Under the pieces are notes generated by a model. The model saw nothing but the letters and a program-made list of their open reading frames with translations. It did not search any database and was not told where the DNA came from. Positions 1-12,766 of a stretch of 64,000 bases of DNA are shown one piece after another. Position 1 is the stretch's first letter; every line of letters begins with the position of its first letter. This DNA is from Macrostomum lignano (lineage: Eukaryota). Position numbers and translations under genes: made by a program. Where the stretch lies: positions 124,001-188,000 of the forward strand of contig NIVC01000986.1 of the NCBI GenBank assembly GCA_002269645.1, given 5' to 3'.

Positions 1-1692
1 ATTTTTCACAGCTACCAATTACTGTCATTGTCCCTTATGCTACCAGATGTGCTTATAGGTTGATTAGCTACTGGTGCATTCCAGCATTTTTCCTAACTTA
101 TACTCAAGCCTTAGTAGCTAGATCAAGAAACATCAGCAACATTGGTGACAAGTTGATTATGTAATGTTTGATCAAGAGCATGAATACCAAATGTAAGGCA
201 CCACCTTATCAAAAGTCTACATTACTATTTTATCCTATCATTGGCATCCCATGATAAAATGGCATTGACTTTTCTTAGACCCAAAATTTAAGAGCTAAAA
301 GATTTGTTGGTCATCCCTTCACTTTTTAACTTTTGGATAAATTTATAGCTAGGCTAGTTATAAACAGATTTTAGAAGAATTAGATGCAATTTGTACATAG
401 GGCAAGCAATAGTCTTAATATTTTTATTAGTCTAGAAACTTTTGGAATATACCTTGTACCAAAATGTCAAATGTTTTAAATTAGTAATTATAAATTTCCT
501 ACTAATTTTTGAAGTCACGTTCACTATGAATAATACTTGAAAAACATAGTAACTGCTCAATCAACAAAACAATCATATACATAACAATCTCTTTAGCTTC
601 TAAAGCATAAAAACCTAGTTTAATAGAACATTAAAAATTATTAAAAGTGCAATTTGGATTTACAAAACTTTGTCCAGTGAAACAATATTAACTAAGTTTT
701 AAATTTTCTTGGTTACTTGTTTGAATGGTTAATGATAAAAATAATTTTTATTTTCTATGAAAATTTTTATTTCTAGTTAAAATACTACTTCTTAAACTAG
801 AGACAATTTGTCTAAAGGGCATAATATTTTGTTAACAAAAAATAAATTTATACAGTCTCTTAATTCAATTTTGCATATTTTTTTGCCATTTATTATGCTA
901 ATCAGTTCAATTTAAAATTAAATTAGTCAAGTTCTTTTTTGTCATTGTAAGTGTTAATTATATAAATTACTTTAATTAATAACTTTTACAGAAGACATTT
1001 CTTTACTTTAAAGACTTATCAAAATTTAAATTCGAAATATCATGCAACATTGCTTTTAAGTTAGTTTTTGTTCATATTCACGTGAATTAGCAAGTCTCTA
1101 GTAATTAATAATCTAATTATTAGTCAGAATTAAGAATGAGCAAAGTTCACTATTCAGTTCAGTTTAAATTTAGGTCGATCATGACATGATAAAAAGCTAC
1201 AAAATTAAATACCTAGTTAAGTTATTTAAAGGTACACTATCTAAACAACACAAATTATGCTTAGGAATTATGTTTTTAGAAGAATGCAACAAAATTAGAC
1301 TGTTTCGTCCTCTGCATATGCCATAATTTAACAGATAACATTTGCTTCGTGGAAAACCTGGAATTTAAAATGTAAATGCTTCGTATACCTACTACAACAA
1401 AAACATTTTTATTGAAATTCTGTTTTATTTTTAAAAGAAGTTTTTCTTTTCAGTTTCAACCAAAGATTAAGTAAAAAATTCATTCTCTGACTTAAAATTA
1501 TTTGAATAGTAAATTGATAGTAAGAAAGTCAAATCAAATATTTAATTGTAAATGGCTAAGAAATATCAATTGTGTGCAAGTAATATTCAAACAACTTAGC
1601 TTACTTGCTCTATTGTATAACCAATTATTATATTTTTTCAGCTCTTGGACTAAGAATTAGCTTTTTAAACTGGGAAAACTTGTAGAAGAGAC

Positions 1693-4600
1693 ATGGTATG
1701 CGATAAATGTAAGTTTAGACTTAAAAAACTCAATATAATCTTTTAGATTTTTAGGTAGGCCTCTCAAATCGATGCAAGAAGAACAAAGGTATTTTCTTGT
1801 GGTTTTTTAGGTGAGAAGAAACTTGGCAAGGTGGTCACCCCTGATGTTTGGAAGGCTGGAGCAAGAAATACTACTGGTAAGATTTCTTAAAACTGGTTTG
1901 ATTTTTGTCAAAATGTTAATTGCTTTAAGCTGGGTGACACTTGTGTGTGCAAGCCAATTGCAACCAAATCTATCTGGAATGTATTATAGTATGAGTATTA
2001 TTAAGCAAGGCTTAAAAAGTTTTATAAGAGGAAATGACTTTCATTTTTCCATTTGGTGTTAATTACTAGTTTTTAAATTGTTAGGCCCTAATGTTCATTG
2101 GGCGATGTGGAATTGCAAAACTATTTGCTGCTTCCAATTCCCAAAGGAAGAATTGTAAGGATGTAAAATTCACAATGTCATGTTAAAGGTAGAGGTTGAC
2201 AGGATCCCGATCTCGATCTTGAAATCTCGGGATCCCAAAGAAAATTGAATTCCCGTGGGACTAGTTAATGAAAACAAAGTCTTTTGGCCCCAGTGAGCTT
2301 TGGGGTTGGAATTTTATAATACCTAGTGTTGTATCGATTATTTAAAGACTTTCAAGGCATTATTAACGCTGATGCTCCTAATATTTTGCGTCGTGTCATA
2401 CATAAAGTTAGCCTAATACATAGATAAAGTAGGGCGAGAGTTGTAAAATGTCTCTAATGTCAAATGATTTATAGGAAGGGAATTAGGGATGTCGATTCCC
2501 CAGGGAATTATCTTATCGGGGACCCCGGTGAAAAGAAAAAATAAGTAAAAACGGCGGATCACTTAGATTGTAAGTGGAATTTTTTAAACTTTGATTTAAG
2601 CTTTGTACTACATGTTCAAGGCGCAGGGGTAAAAATTTTAAACAATGTTTTTTTAAACTGTATTTGACAATGTGGCATCACAAAATCGTGCGCGCACCTT
2701 TATCAGAAAAGTGCATTTGTTGGAATGCATGCTAAACAGCTACGCTCGTGAGAGGATAATTAATGAATGAGACTGTTTTTATAATCGGAATTTTATTTCT
2801 TGCATATATACGTAAATCACCATTTTGTCCTTGTCTAATAGGGAGTATATGTATGACACCCCCCTAAGCGTCAGTGCCTGACGCATGACGCAGCGCTGCG
2901 CCTGCGTCAAGCCGTCAATGCAGACCAACATAGCAGTCACTAGTCAGTAAGGCTTCTTTTTCCTGACGGGTTTCTTTTCTACGTGCAATTTGCTTGATTG
3001 AATGACTTATTAGTGAAAAAACAATCAAACGTGTGTTGTGTTTCAAATACATGTAATGCATTGAAATAAGCAATTATGCGGTAAAAGAGCATAGACAGAG
3101 TTTCAATCAGCTTTCTGTGAATCAGTTTCTTATTTTAATGGCAAAAATTAAGTTACAAATGCATTTTTTCATATTTTTTCTCCCCAGGGTCCCCGGTTAA
3201 ATTCCCCGGAGAGTATTCCCCGACAAGCTCCCCGGGGAGCACTCCCAGGGTCAACATCCCTAGAAGGGAAACTACGAGCATAAGTTTTGCAACACAAATA
3301 CAAGTAGCTAAGCATTAATAGACGCACTGCACCAATAAAATGTAATGGAATTGCTCGAATCACCGACACCAAGACCCATAAAACTGGAGAAACTGGCAGG
3401 ATATAGTAGATACATGTAGGTCAGAATCAGAAGTGATCATGGGTGGGTGGGTCAAGTGATCATGGGTTCGACCTCGATTGTATTATTCCTTCTTAATCTT
3501 ATGCAATTAATTGTAAATTTGGTATGAAGTAACAGTAATTATCCTTGACCATGCTAGAGTAAAGACAAGTCAAAGTCAAGTTAATAAAAATAGACACACA
3601 GTGTAACAATAACAATGGTTTTTAGAGCCATTTTTCTTGCCTGTGTTTGTCTTTGTACATACATGTACATTTGGGAAGACTTATCTGGACCCAATCCCTG
3701 CTTATTCTACATGTACGCTGTTTTGGGTATGGGGGTTAGAGTTGGGCCGTCTGACACCCCCCTCCCCCCCCTACCATAGTGGACTGGAGAGAAAGAAGCA
3801 CATGCTATCGCTATTGGCTAGCCTGTCGTTCTCTTTCTCTTTACCTTCTGTCTTGTGTAGCGTACACTATCCAATGCACAAGGCCCAACTTTCCACTAAA
3901 GGAAGGTTCATATAGTCCGCCCATGGGCTTCCTCTTGCTTTCGCGTACACTCAAAGCCACTCACTCTCAACACCAGCCACTAGAGGCTTGTTTTAAATAA
4001 TCGATCGATAATATTAAATGTACACTTGAAAGCTTGCTTTGGATCCTAGCAGAAGGGGGAGAAAGTGGCCAAGGCCACCACACCCCACAAGGCAGGCAGG
4101 CCGGCCCGAGTGCGATAACGAATGACAAAAAAATAGAAAAGTACAATTTACGCATCAACTTTCAATACAATAAATACAATAATAGGTACGGTATTAATGA
4201 CAGTGTATTTTCGCACAAAGTAGCTACGTTCAAACCACTAGCACGTAAACAGCTAAAATTTCACTGTTTATGAAATTTTATAAAATTTAACACATCATTT
4301 TAGATATTGAAAACTTTTAAAGGAGGGTATTACTGTTGCATGTGACTATAAAATCGTGGTAGGTATAGCTGATGATGAAACTGGTGATTGGTATCTAGCT
4401 TTTTTGATAACTTAGCCGGTTAGACCCCGAAATAGCTATTGTAATTTGTAACGCTGGAGCCAAATACAAATACAATGGAGCAATTAGTTTCTCTCAAATC
4501 TGTCTCTGCCAGTGCCAGTTTAGTCCATAGTGTTTTGTTTGAGGAACGCCAAGTCAATGAATTATGGTAGTTTGAAATTAAGCTATATTTTAGCGGCAGC

Positions 4601-7600
4601 GCGCTCCTAGGGTCTTGTGCTCCTAAATGAAAAGATTCGAAGCTTAGCAAACAAAGGAGAGTACTGTATCGCGTCGCATAAACCATAGACTATTTTCAAA
4701 GTAAAAGTCTATACTTTGCAGTAGTCATAGCAATACGCAACACCCCCACCGATGCTTATACAGTGCAGTTCAAAGTTACGCCTCAAGCAATTCAGTAATA
4801 AGTCAATCGTTCTGGAGGTCGCCTGACTCGCGTGCTCCTACGGAACTCGAGCACACCGTGTTCCTTGTGCCTAGGCGACTGCATTGCATGGCGCATTGGA
4901 CTTGTCGTAGCACTGTCTTGGCACGTAGTTGCATCAGTATCACGAGGGGTGATCCCAGACTGCTTCGAATCATCAATCGGTAGTTCCTCTGTACGAGCAG
5001 TAGCATCGGACTGGTGCACTAGTCGTCCTTCTGCGTCTCGGAAAGTATTTGTACCAACTGTAGACTTCAGCTCAGAGGGGACCCGTTGCTCCTTGTGCTC
5101 CACACGCACGAAAACAGGAACTGGCTCTTGAACCGGCCTCGTCCTCTCTGTACAAACGGCTGATAGACGTGTTCGGGGCGACTGCTGAAACACCAGAAGT
5201 GCCGGAATTGATCCATTGCAGTGAGGAGTCGTATTCTGAAACAGGCAGAATCCTGCTAAATGCCTTTCCAGCTCAGAAAGATTGGCACCAGCGTTTAACT
5301 TTCTTAAATAAAACTCCAATTCTTCAATGACTCTCTCCACCTGACCGTTGGACTGATGATGTCCTGGGGGAGTAAGTGTGTGGACGATGTAGTTCTCTCG
5401 CAGGAAAGTAACGAAATCTTCTGCCACAAAAGTTCCACCATTGTCCGAAACCAGATTTTTCGGCAATCCGGTATACTTGAACGTTTTTCTCAGCGCACTG
5501 ATGACAATGGATGCTTTCATTGACGGCACGGACTGTACATCTACCCATTTTGAAAATGCGTCAACCAGGACAAGGAAGCGTTGACCTTTGAAAGTAGCGA
5601 TGTCAACGTGAACTCTCTCGAAGAAACTTTTTGTCTCCGGCCATGACGACAGATTTGCATTGCTTCTTTTCCTAGCATGTAGCTGGCATTGAACACAACG
5701 TTGAACGAATGCATTGATTTGAGCATCTATATCGGGCCACCAGAAGTACTGTCTGGATAGACGTAGCATCCTCACGATGCCGGGGTGGTCCTCGTGAAGC
5801 ATCTGAAGAATTTCGCTTCTCAGGCTAGAGGGTGGGACGATGCGCAATCCTTTGAAAATCACTCCATTTTGGAGTGTGTATTCCAACTTATTGCGTGCAT
5901 ATGGCAGCATAGCTGGTGGTGTATAAGCAGGCCAGCCGTCTTGAATGTACTTCTTGAGCATGTCCAACTTGTAATCTTTAGTTCGCACGATCCTCTGCAG
6001 TAGCTGTTCGGAGTTTCCGAAACCCTCCAGTGCATTGATTTCTAGGAGGTTGATCTTCTGGTCCGCTGAGTCCGACTGCAATGGAAGTCTAGACAAAGTG
6101 TCTGCAGCGTACATCTTTTCACCCTTGACGTACATCACATTGTAATCGTAAGCTCTTAACAGTAATGCCCATCGCTGAATCCTTGCTGAAACTCGCTCGG
6201 AGACCTTGTTCGGATTAAATATGTACTGAAGCGGTCGGTGATCAGAAATGATGGTAAATTTTCGACCCGCGAGGTACTGATAAAAGTATCTGGTCCCTTC
6301 GACGATCGCTAACGCCTCCCGCTCAATGTTAGCGTAGTTGCTCTCCGCTGGAGTCAGGACTCGGCTGCCTAGCCAGACAACCTGTCTTTGCATTGGATCA
6401 TGAGCTAGAACGTACCCGAGGCCATCCTTAGAGGCGTCACAAATCAAGTACAACGGCTTCGTAATGTCGTATGCGGTTATCACACCGCCTGCAATAATGC
6501 TCTTAAGCTTGTCGAATGCCTCAGACTGCTTTCCATGCCAACTCCAGTGAACTCCTTTCTTCAGCAGCTGATATAACGGTCGTGCAATCATTGAAAAGTT
6601 CTTGCAGAAGACGCCATAGTGTCGGAAGGTGCACAGAGCGCTGCGCAGTTGGTCTTTGTCTTTTGGATATGGTAACCTCTTCCACGCCTCCATTCGTGCT
6701 GGGTCGGGGTGCATGCCTCCATCGCGCAAAATGAAGCCAAGAAATCGAACTTCTCTACGACATTCTTGAGACTTTCTCTGGTTAATCTTGAACCCGCAGT
6801 TTGCTAAACGATCCTTGACTTGACGAACCAGCTGCATGTGTTTTTCGGCTGAATCCTCAGGAGTCCCAATAATGATGTCATCCTGATATGAGGCTGTAAA
6901 TGGTACATCCCGAAGAACTTCGTCCATGATTTCCTGAAATATTAGAGGCGCCGCGGAAATCCCGAATTGTAGATATCTGAATGCAAAGAATCCCATGTGA
7001 GTAGAAATGCATGTGAGCTCTTGGCTCTCAGGGGATAGAGCCACCTGTAAGAATGCCTGTTCTAAGTCTAGGACCGTATAGAATTTAGCGTTGGGAATCT
7101 TAGCCAGGATCTCCTCCATCTTCGGAAACCTGTACTTGTCCACGTCAATAAGACGATTGAGCGTCATAGAGTAGTCGCCACACAGTCGAATAGGTCTTAC
7201 TGATCCCTCGGGCTTGACCACTGGGACTATTGGCGCTGCAACAGTAGGATTCTTGACTGAATAGATGATTCCTGAAGCAAGAAGTCTTCTTAGTTCGGTT
7301 TCTACCATAGACTTCATGGAGAAAGGAAGTGAGCGAGCAGGAAATCGCATGCCTTCCATACTCACACCCGAACGTAAGCGAAAGCTGGCAATGAAGTTTG
7401 AGTTTTGATCTCGGACGACTGGTAGGCACTTGTGTTCATTCGACACTCGAACCGCTTGATCCATTCGCACTAGGTCTAGGGACGGTATGAAGTTCATGCC
7501 CAGAATAGCTGTTGTATCATGACCGACGTAGATGTTTTCTGAAGCAGACTTGCCACCAATAACCTGTAGCTTTGCCCCGTAGATGACAGAAGTGACCGTA

Positions 7601-10600
7601 GCTTGAAAACCTCCGTAAGATCTTAGTTTTTGGCTGACTGGCTGTAACTCTAAGCCTGAGCTCTTGGCGATTTGATCCGGAACCACGGTTACTTGGCTGC
7701 CGGTGTCCACAAGCATGTTGACTTCGGTTTTTCCTAGACGACACCGAACAAACCACTGATCTGAGTAACCCGTTTTTGGCTGTCTAACCGCATGAATGAG
7801 TTCCAGATGGTAAGAGCTAGTGTTCCCTGGTGAAGGGCTGCAGCTTGGCATTCGTTGGATTGCGTTCATAGCCTTTGATCTGCACACGGTAGCTAGATGT
7901 CCTACCTTGCCGCATTTATGGCACTTGGCTTCTCGGAACCTGCATGCTGATCGTAGATGTCCCGATTTCCCACAGGTGTGACACTTAGCCGTTTTACCTT
8001 TAGGTTTGCCGCTCGACTGATTATGCAGATGTCCCTGAGGTTGCTTGAATGAGACAGAGCGTTGGGCACTGCAGCTTCTTGGTCTCGAGAATGTCCCAGC
8101 ATTCTGCACATTAGCGATAGTTTCCGGCTTGTCTGTAGCAGTTGCAATTGACTCGGTCATGAGTCCCTCTTGAATAGCATCATTAAGCTCAAGCGTGCCT
8201 TTGGATAGCAGTTTTTGCCGCAGATTCTGACTACGAAGTCCGAAGATGAACTGAGACAGGATCAGGTCTTCGCGCAATTCACCATATTGGCACTTGTTCG
8301 CCTGTTGCTTGAGCCGTGCAACGAAATTTGTAATGCTCTCCGCGTCCTTTTGAACAGTAGAATGGAACACATGTCGCTCATAATGAAGCAGAACTTTCGG
8401 TTTGAAGTGCTCGAGCAAAGTGTCCTGAATCGACTTGAACGTAACACCGGCCTTGGTGATGTCTTCTGGTTTTATCAGCTCCTCCACCAGATTGAATGCA
8501 GATTCACCGCAGGTAGCCAGTAGGACTGCTTTAGCTTGCTCATTCTTCTCAGTTGCCTCCAGGTAGAACAGAAGTCGTTTGAAGTATTGTTCTATCTCTG
8601 GGTAAGAAAGTGGCATCTCACCAAGACGGTACTCCATTGACTGAGCCATTTTGAGGGCAGCAGGTGCGGAATTTTCCTCGACCCTCAGTTGCTTTTTATC
8701 CTCGTCGCCATGTTTTGTTTGAGGAACGCCAAGTCAATGAATTATGGTAGTTTGAAATTAAGCTATATTTTAGCGGCAGCGCGCTCCTAGGGTCTTGTGC
8801 TCCTAAATGAAAAGATTCGAAGCTTAGCAAACAAAGGAGAGTACTGTATCGCGTCGCATAAACCATAGACTATTTTCAAAGTAAAAGTCTATACTTTGCA
8901 GTAGTCATAGCAATACGCAACACATAGTAAGTAACCAAAGTAAAATACCCATTAGTGGTCCCGTTTCTAATGTTTATAAATATTAAGCTTCAGTTTACTT
9001 TTGGCACAGTATGCAATTTTGAAAATTCACCCTAATAACGGTTTGCACCAGCAGGAAAGCAACTATTTTGTTGTTGGAAATCGGATTAAGCAGTCAAAAG
9101 AGTGTATTTCTATGAAAAAAGGTACTTTTTTCCATTTTTTCAAATATTTAAACAGGTTTCGCTCTTTCAATAAAAAAATCATCGCAGTACCTTAAAGTAC
9201 AGTTAGTTTGAAATTAAATGACGGCGTTGAATTGTTTCTTCCATATTCCAAAAATTATAATGAGCACTTTTCCTCAAATCAGTTTGAGATCATGATTTTT
9301 AGTCTTTTGTCGATAACTTTCTGATTTCAAATGTTTAAGAATTGAAAACTTCCACACTTGTGTATCTTTGAATTGCGCATCAATTGGTGCATAGTATGTA
9401 TGCTTAACTATTAGCAGTATAGAAAAAATGCAAAAAACTGTAAAAGTACATTTTCAATTTTTGCATTTTTTGCAACCAAAGTGCCAACTTTTTGATACAA
9501 TTGAAAAAAACAACCCAATAATGTTATGCATCTTAGTAAGGCGCACCTATAACCCTCGAACATTTTTAGCTCGAGTTTTAATGTGCATGAGGAAATGCAC
9601 TTTTGTAAAGACATAATCTTAAGACAAACATTTCAACTGAAGCCTGTTCCTTTTCTCCGCAGTGAATCCATACAAAACTATACTCGTTAAATAGATCAGA
9701 TTCTTCTCTTTAAAATGACACCTCACTTGTGAAATTCGCACTTGTAGTTTTGAAGTTACAGCAGTTTTTGTGAGATTTTTCTTGTCATTTTTTCGATGCA
9801 CACGTCTCATATTATTATATTCGTCACAAGCCAGACCACCCAATGCGCTTCGCGCATTGGCTGGCTGTTTGTGCCTCGCGCGTTCGCTCCGCTCACCCCA
9901 CAAACCCAAGGACACGCGCGAAGCTCACTGGGAACTAGAATCTGGACCCTAAAAAACTTGAGATTCGGGAATAGGTCTTTTGATTAAAAATTTATAGAAT
10001 TAGTGATTACTTGAAGGTATTTTGATTTAACTTGTACTCGTTACATTATTTACTTTGTTGGTTACAAAACTTTATATCAATTTCGTTGTGTTTTAGTTCT
10101 TGATCTTGACAATCTTTTCTCAATTTTGTTTAACTTTACATGGACAATACACTAAAAGACCTGATCCTGATTCTCGAATCCCGATCCCGATCCCAATCCT
10201 GAGAAAAAAATTATTCCCGATCCCGATACCGCCCGAAGATTTCAATCCTGTCCAACTTCTAGTTAAAGGTTGTATCATTTTAACTTCAGCTTATGCTAAT
10301 GATAAGCAGCAAGTTGGTTGAGGTCAGTGGGGATGGACTACTCAGTGCTTTGTCTCGTGGCACTATAAAGAGTTTAAAAAATTAGCACAGCAAAGGTTAC
10401 CACTTTGGATTTTTTGGGAAAGAAAATTATCCTGAGCCTTGCTATGAATGTTTATAGCTATTTTTGTTTCTAAGAATGTCAAATCTTGTCTGCTTGTGCA
10501 CATTGATCCCTGTCAGGGATTCCCTATAAATAGGACCTGGGTTTTCTAAGAATGCCGAATCTTGTCCGCTTGTGCACATTGATCCCTGTCAGGGATTCCC

Positions 10601-11777
10601 TATAAATAAGGGGCTGGGTTTTCTAAGAATGCCGAATCTTGTCTGCTTGTGCACATTGATCCCTGTCAGGGATTCCCTATTAGGGGCTGGGTTTTCTAAG
10701 AATGTCGAATCTTGTCCACTTGTGCACATTGATCCCTGTCAGGGATTCCCTATAAATAGGGGCTGGGTTTTCTAAGGATGTCGAATCTTGTCCGCTTGTG
10801 CACATTGATCCCTGTCAGGGATTCCCTATACTCTTAAATTAAATAGGGGCTGGGTTTTCTAAGAATGGCTGTGGCACACGCGTCGCGTTAAGCTGGTTTC
10901 AAAGACCTTCTTGGTGCCCTGGTGTTAAATGGAGGCGCTTATTTCTTAACTCCACAGAGGGCGGCGGCCGCAAGGTGGACGAGAACAAGCTGCTCACAGG
11001 CCGGAGCAACCGGTTCAGTCCGTACACGACTTCGTTTAAGAAGTGCCGCATCTGCAAGTCGAACATTCACCAGGCGCACGCGCACTTCTGCACCGGCTGC
11101 GCCTACAAAAAAGGTAACTGCTGCTCAGCTGGCCGTCCTGTCGGCGCCATGAGACTCCGAGAAATTGCCTACTAATTAGTAGCAAGAAAACAATTTCTAA
11201 TAATATGCAAAGGTCAACTATCCATGTGTGACACCCTAGCTCAGCGATGCAGGACAGGTGTAAATTAGATGGCGTAGGCCGCGCTCTAGACTGGCCGTCA
11301 TTCTTGGGTCGTTTAAGCCTCAGAATCAGGCATCCAGGATGAGGGTCTGAATTCCAAATATACTAAATCTCTCATATTTGTTTGTATGTTTGTCCATAAT
11401 CAAGATACTAGAATTAAAGTTGATGCGTCATGGCACACGCTATGACAAAAACCCTTGCAGTAATGCATCCTTAATTTATTTTATCTTTCTGAGCATAGAC
11501 TCAAGTAAGCCAAGTGTTGCAAAGGTGAACTTGGCACGGAGATGGAATTTAAATAGTAAACTAAAGTAGACAACATACGAATAAATTAGCTGTATAATCT
11601 ACCATTCTGTAGCACATAAACACAACACGACCATCCACAGATAGAATATTTGGGTTCAAAATGTCATTGGTTTATCAGTGCTGACTGGCCCGGCCCTTCC
11701 AACATCTTGCAGGCATCTGCGCGATGTGCGGCGTGAAGCTGATCGACGTGAAGAATTACAAGCAGAGCTCGGCCTGA
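1693..11777 (+). CDS. CRIPT: Cysteine-rich PDZ-binding protein (CRIPT), 4 coding exons
   Basis: Exons 1693-1708, 1811-1876, 10958-11113 and 11713-11777 have GT-AG introns with consistent phases. They splice to MVCDKCEKKLGKVVTPDVWKAGARNTTEGGGRKVDENKLLTGRSNRFSPYTTSFKKCRICKSNIHQAHAHFCTGCAYKKGICAMCGVKLIDVKNYKQSSA*, which matches the conserved CRIPT sequence. Confidence 0.95.
4531..4742 (-). repeat. 3' LTR (212 bp)
   Basis: Identical by eye to 8711-8922; preceded on the minus strand by the purine tract GGTGGGGG (4743-4750). Confidence 0.95.
4792..8649 (-). CDS. Gag-Pol polyprotein (1285 aa)
   Basis: Two CCHC knuckles (CHTCGKSGHLRSAC, CHKCGKVGHLATVC), protease LVDTGS, RT YQDD, RNase H CDAS...EREALA...SDHRPL, integrase HHCC zinc finger and D,D35E core (HVD, SDNG, QSNGQVE). 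No stops or frameshifts. Confidence 0.97.
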   Translation of the reverse strand: MAQSMEYRLGEMPLSYPEIEQYFKRLLFYLEATEKNEQAKAVLLATCGESAFNLVEELIKPEDITKAGVTFKSIQDTLLEHFKPKVLLHYERHVFHSTVQKDAESITNFVARLKQQANKCQYGELREDLILSQFIFGLRSQNLRQKLLSKGTLELNDAIQEGLMTESIATATDKPETIANVQNAGTFSRPRSCSAQRSVSFKQPQGHLHNQSSGKPKGKTAKCHTCGKSGHLRSACRFREAKCHKCGKVGHLATVCRSKAMNAIQRMPSCSPSPGNTSSYHLELIHAVRQPKTGYSDQWFVRCRLGKTEVNMLVDTGSQVTVVPDQIAKSSGLELQPVSQKLRSYGGFQATVTSVIYGAKLQVIGGKSASENIYVGHDTTAILGMNFIPSLDLVRMDQAVRVSNEHKCLPVVRDQNSNFIASFRLRSGVSMEGMRFPARSLPFSMKSMVETELRRLLASGIIYSVKNPTVAAPIVPVVKPEGSVRPIRLCGDYSMTLNRLIDVDKYRFPKMEEILAKIPNAKFYTVLDLEQAFLQVALSPESQELTCISTHMGFFAFRYLQFGISAAPLIFQEIMDEVLRDVPFTASYQDDIIIGTPEDSAEKHMQLVRQVKDRLANCGFKINQRKSQECRREVRFLGFILRDGGMHPDPARMEAWKRLPYPKDKDQLRSALCTFRHYGVFCKNFSMIARPLYQLLKKGVHWSWHGKQSEAFDKLKSIIAGGVITAYDITKPLYLICDASKDGLGYVLAHDPMQRQVVWLGSRVLTPAESNYANIEREALAIVEGTRYFYQYLAGRKFTIISDHRPLQYIFNPNKVSERVSARIQRWALLLRAYDYNVMYVKGEKMYAADTLSRLPLQSDSADQKINLLEINALEGFGNSEQLLQRIVRTKDYKLDMLKKYIQDGWPAYTPPAMLPYARNKLEYTLQNGVIFKGLRIVPPSSLRSEILQMLHEDHPGIVRMLRLSRQYFWWPDIDAQINAFVQRCVQCQLHARKRSNANLSSWPETKSFFERVHVDIATFKGQRFLVLVDAFSKWVDVQSVPSMKASIVISALRKTFKYTGLPKNLVSDNGGTFVAEDFVTFLRENYIVHTLTPPGHHQSNGQVERVIEELEFYLRKLNAGANLSELERHLAGFCLFQNTTPHCNGSIPALLVFQQSPRTRLSAVCTERTRPVQEPVPVFVRVEHKEQRVPSELKSTVGTNTFRDAEGRLVHQSDATARTEELPIDDSKQSGITPRDTDATTCQDSATTSPMRHAMQSPRHKEHGVLEFRRSTRVRRPPERLTYY
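8698..8710 (-). promoter_or_regulatory. Primer-binding site, complementary to the 3' end of tRNA-Ser(GCU)
   Basis: The minus strand reads TGGCGACGAGGAT directly after the 5' LTR, matching the recalled metazoan tRNA-Ser(GCU) end ...ATCCTCGTCGCCA. Confidence 0.75.
8711..8922 (-). repeat. 5' LTR (212 bp)
   Basis: Identical by eye to 4531-4742; TG/CA termini. Confidence 0.95.
10466..10866. repeat. About 75-bp tandem repeat (5-6 copies) in CRIPT intron 2
   Basis: Repeated TTTCTAAGAATGCCGAATCTTGTCYGCTTGTGCACATTGATCCCTGTCAGGGATTCCCTATAAATAGGGGCTGGG. Confidence 0.9.
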
Positions 11778-12766
11778 GGCTCCCGATTGTTGCGACCTCC
11801 GCACTGACTGTGGATTATGTACAGTTTATGGTTGCGTGTCTTATTATTTTTCTATTTGTGAGATCATGTAATTATCGTAATGTTAATCCAATTTTACTCA
11901 TTTTTCAACTGAACAGTCAAGCAAAGTTAAGCCATGCAAGTGCTCCTATCAATATAGAATCATGCACCGCTCATCTGCAGTCTGTATATATAAATGCGCG
12001 CGGTTACCTAAATAAAAAACATGTTTAGTGTTTAAAGTAAACATTTTTCTGGACTTTGCCAGACTTCTGCATCACTTTAACTCGAGTCCAGCTGCTGACG
12101 CAGCAAGAATTCTGTGCCACTGATCATCAGCTGTCCGCGTGAGCAATCTGGCTGCGGCCAGTTGCTGTGCCCGAGCTGGCCTGGCTGCTGGCTGAGCTGG
12201 GCAGCGGCACAGTCAATCTGCGTTGGCTTAGGTTGACTTGCTTACCTTTGGCGCTCTTGCATACCGATACGCGTAAGTGATCTCTTTCAGCCTGAAGTTT
12301 CACTCTTGATTGCACGATGTGCAATGGGTTTGATAAGTAGGCGACCCTAGTGGAGACCAGGATCGATAGGTATGGTAATCATTAATATACGCGAGACTAA
12401 CCCGTTGAAACGTTACCGAGACAAGAATCGCTAGTCATTGCAAACAAACAATTCACTAGTGACTATAGCGACACTGGGTCGACTCTTGTGACTTTTTAAC
12501 GACTCACATGACAGTCAAAAGACTGTTAAGTCACGAGCGCATCAGGTTAGTTGTAGAATCGTACAATAGTCTTGTTAACGCTAAACTTTCTACTAACTCA
12601 AAAGTAGACTGAATAGAGTTGTTCGAATGCTGTTCTGATTCATAAATCATAAGTGACACAGGTGCGCTTTAGACGACGCAACTTCGCTACAGCGACTCCT
12701 ACAAATACGCCTCTACGGCCCCACAGTCTACAGAAGCGCCCCAGAGTTGCTTCAGAGTCGCAGACA

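Larger units (their letters stand above)
4531..8922 (-). mobile_element. Full-length Ty3/Gypsy LTR retrotransposon (Mag-like), in CRIPT intron 2, antisense to the host gene
   Basis: Two 212-bp TG...CA LTRs, a 5-bp TSD CATAG (4526-4530 and 8923-8927), a PBS, a short PPT and a single gag-pol ORF with PR-RT-RH-IN order. Confidence 0.97.
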
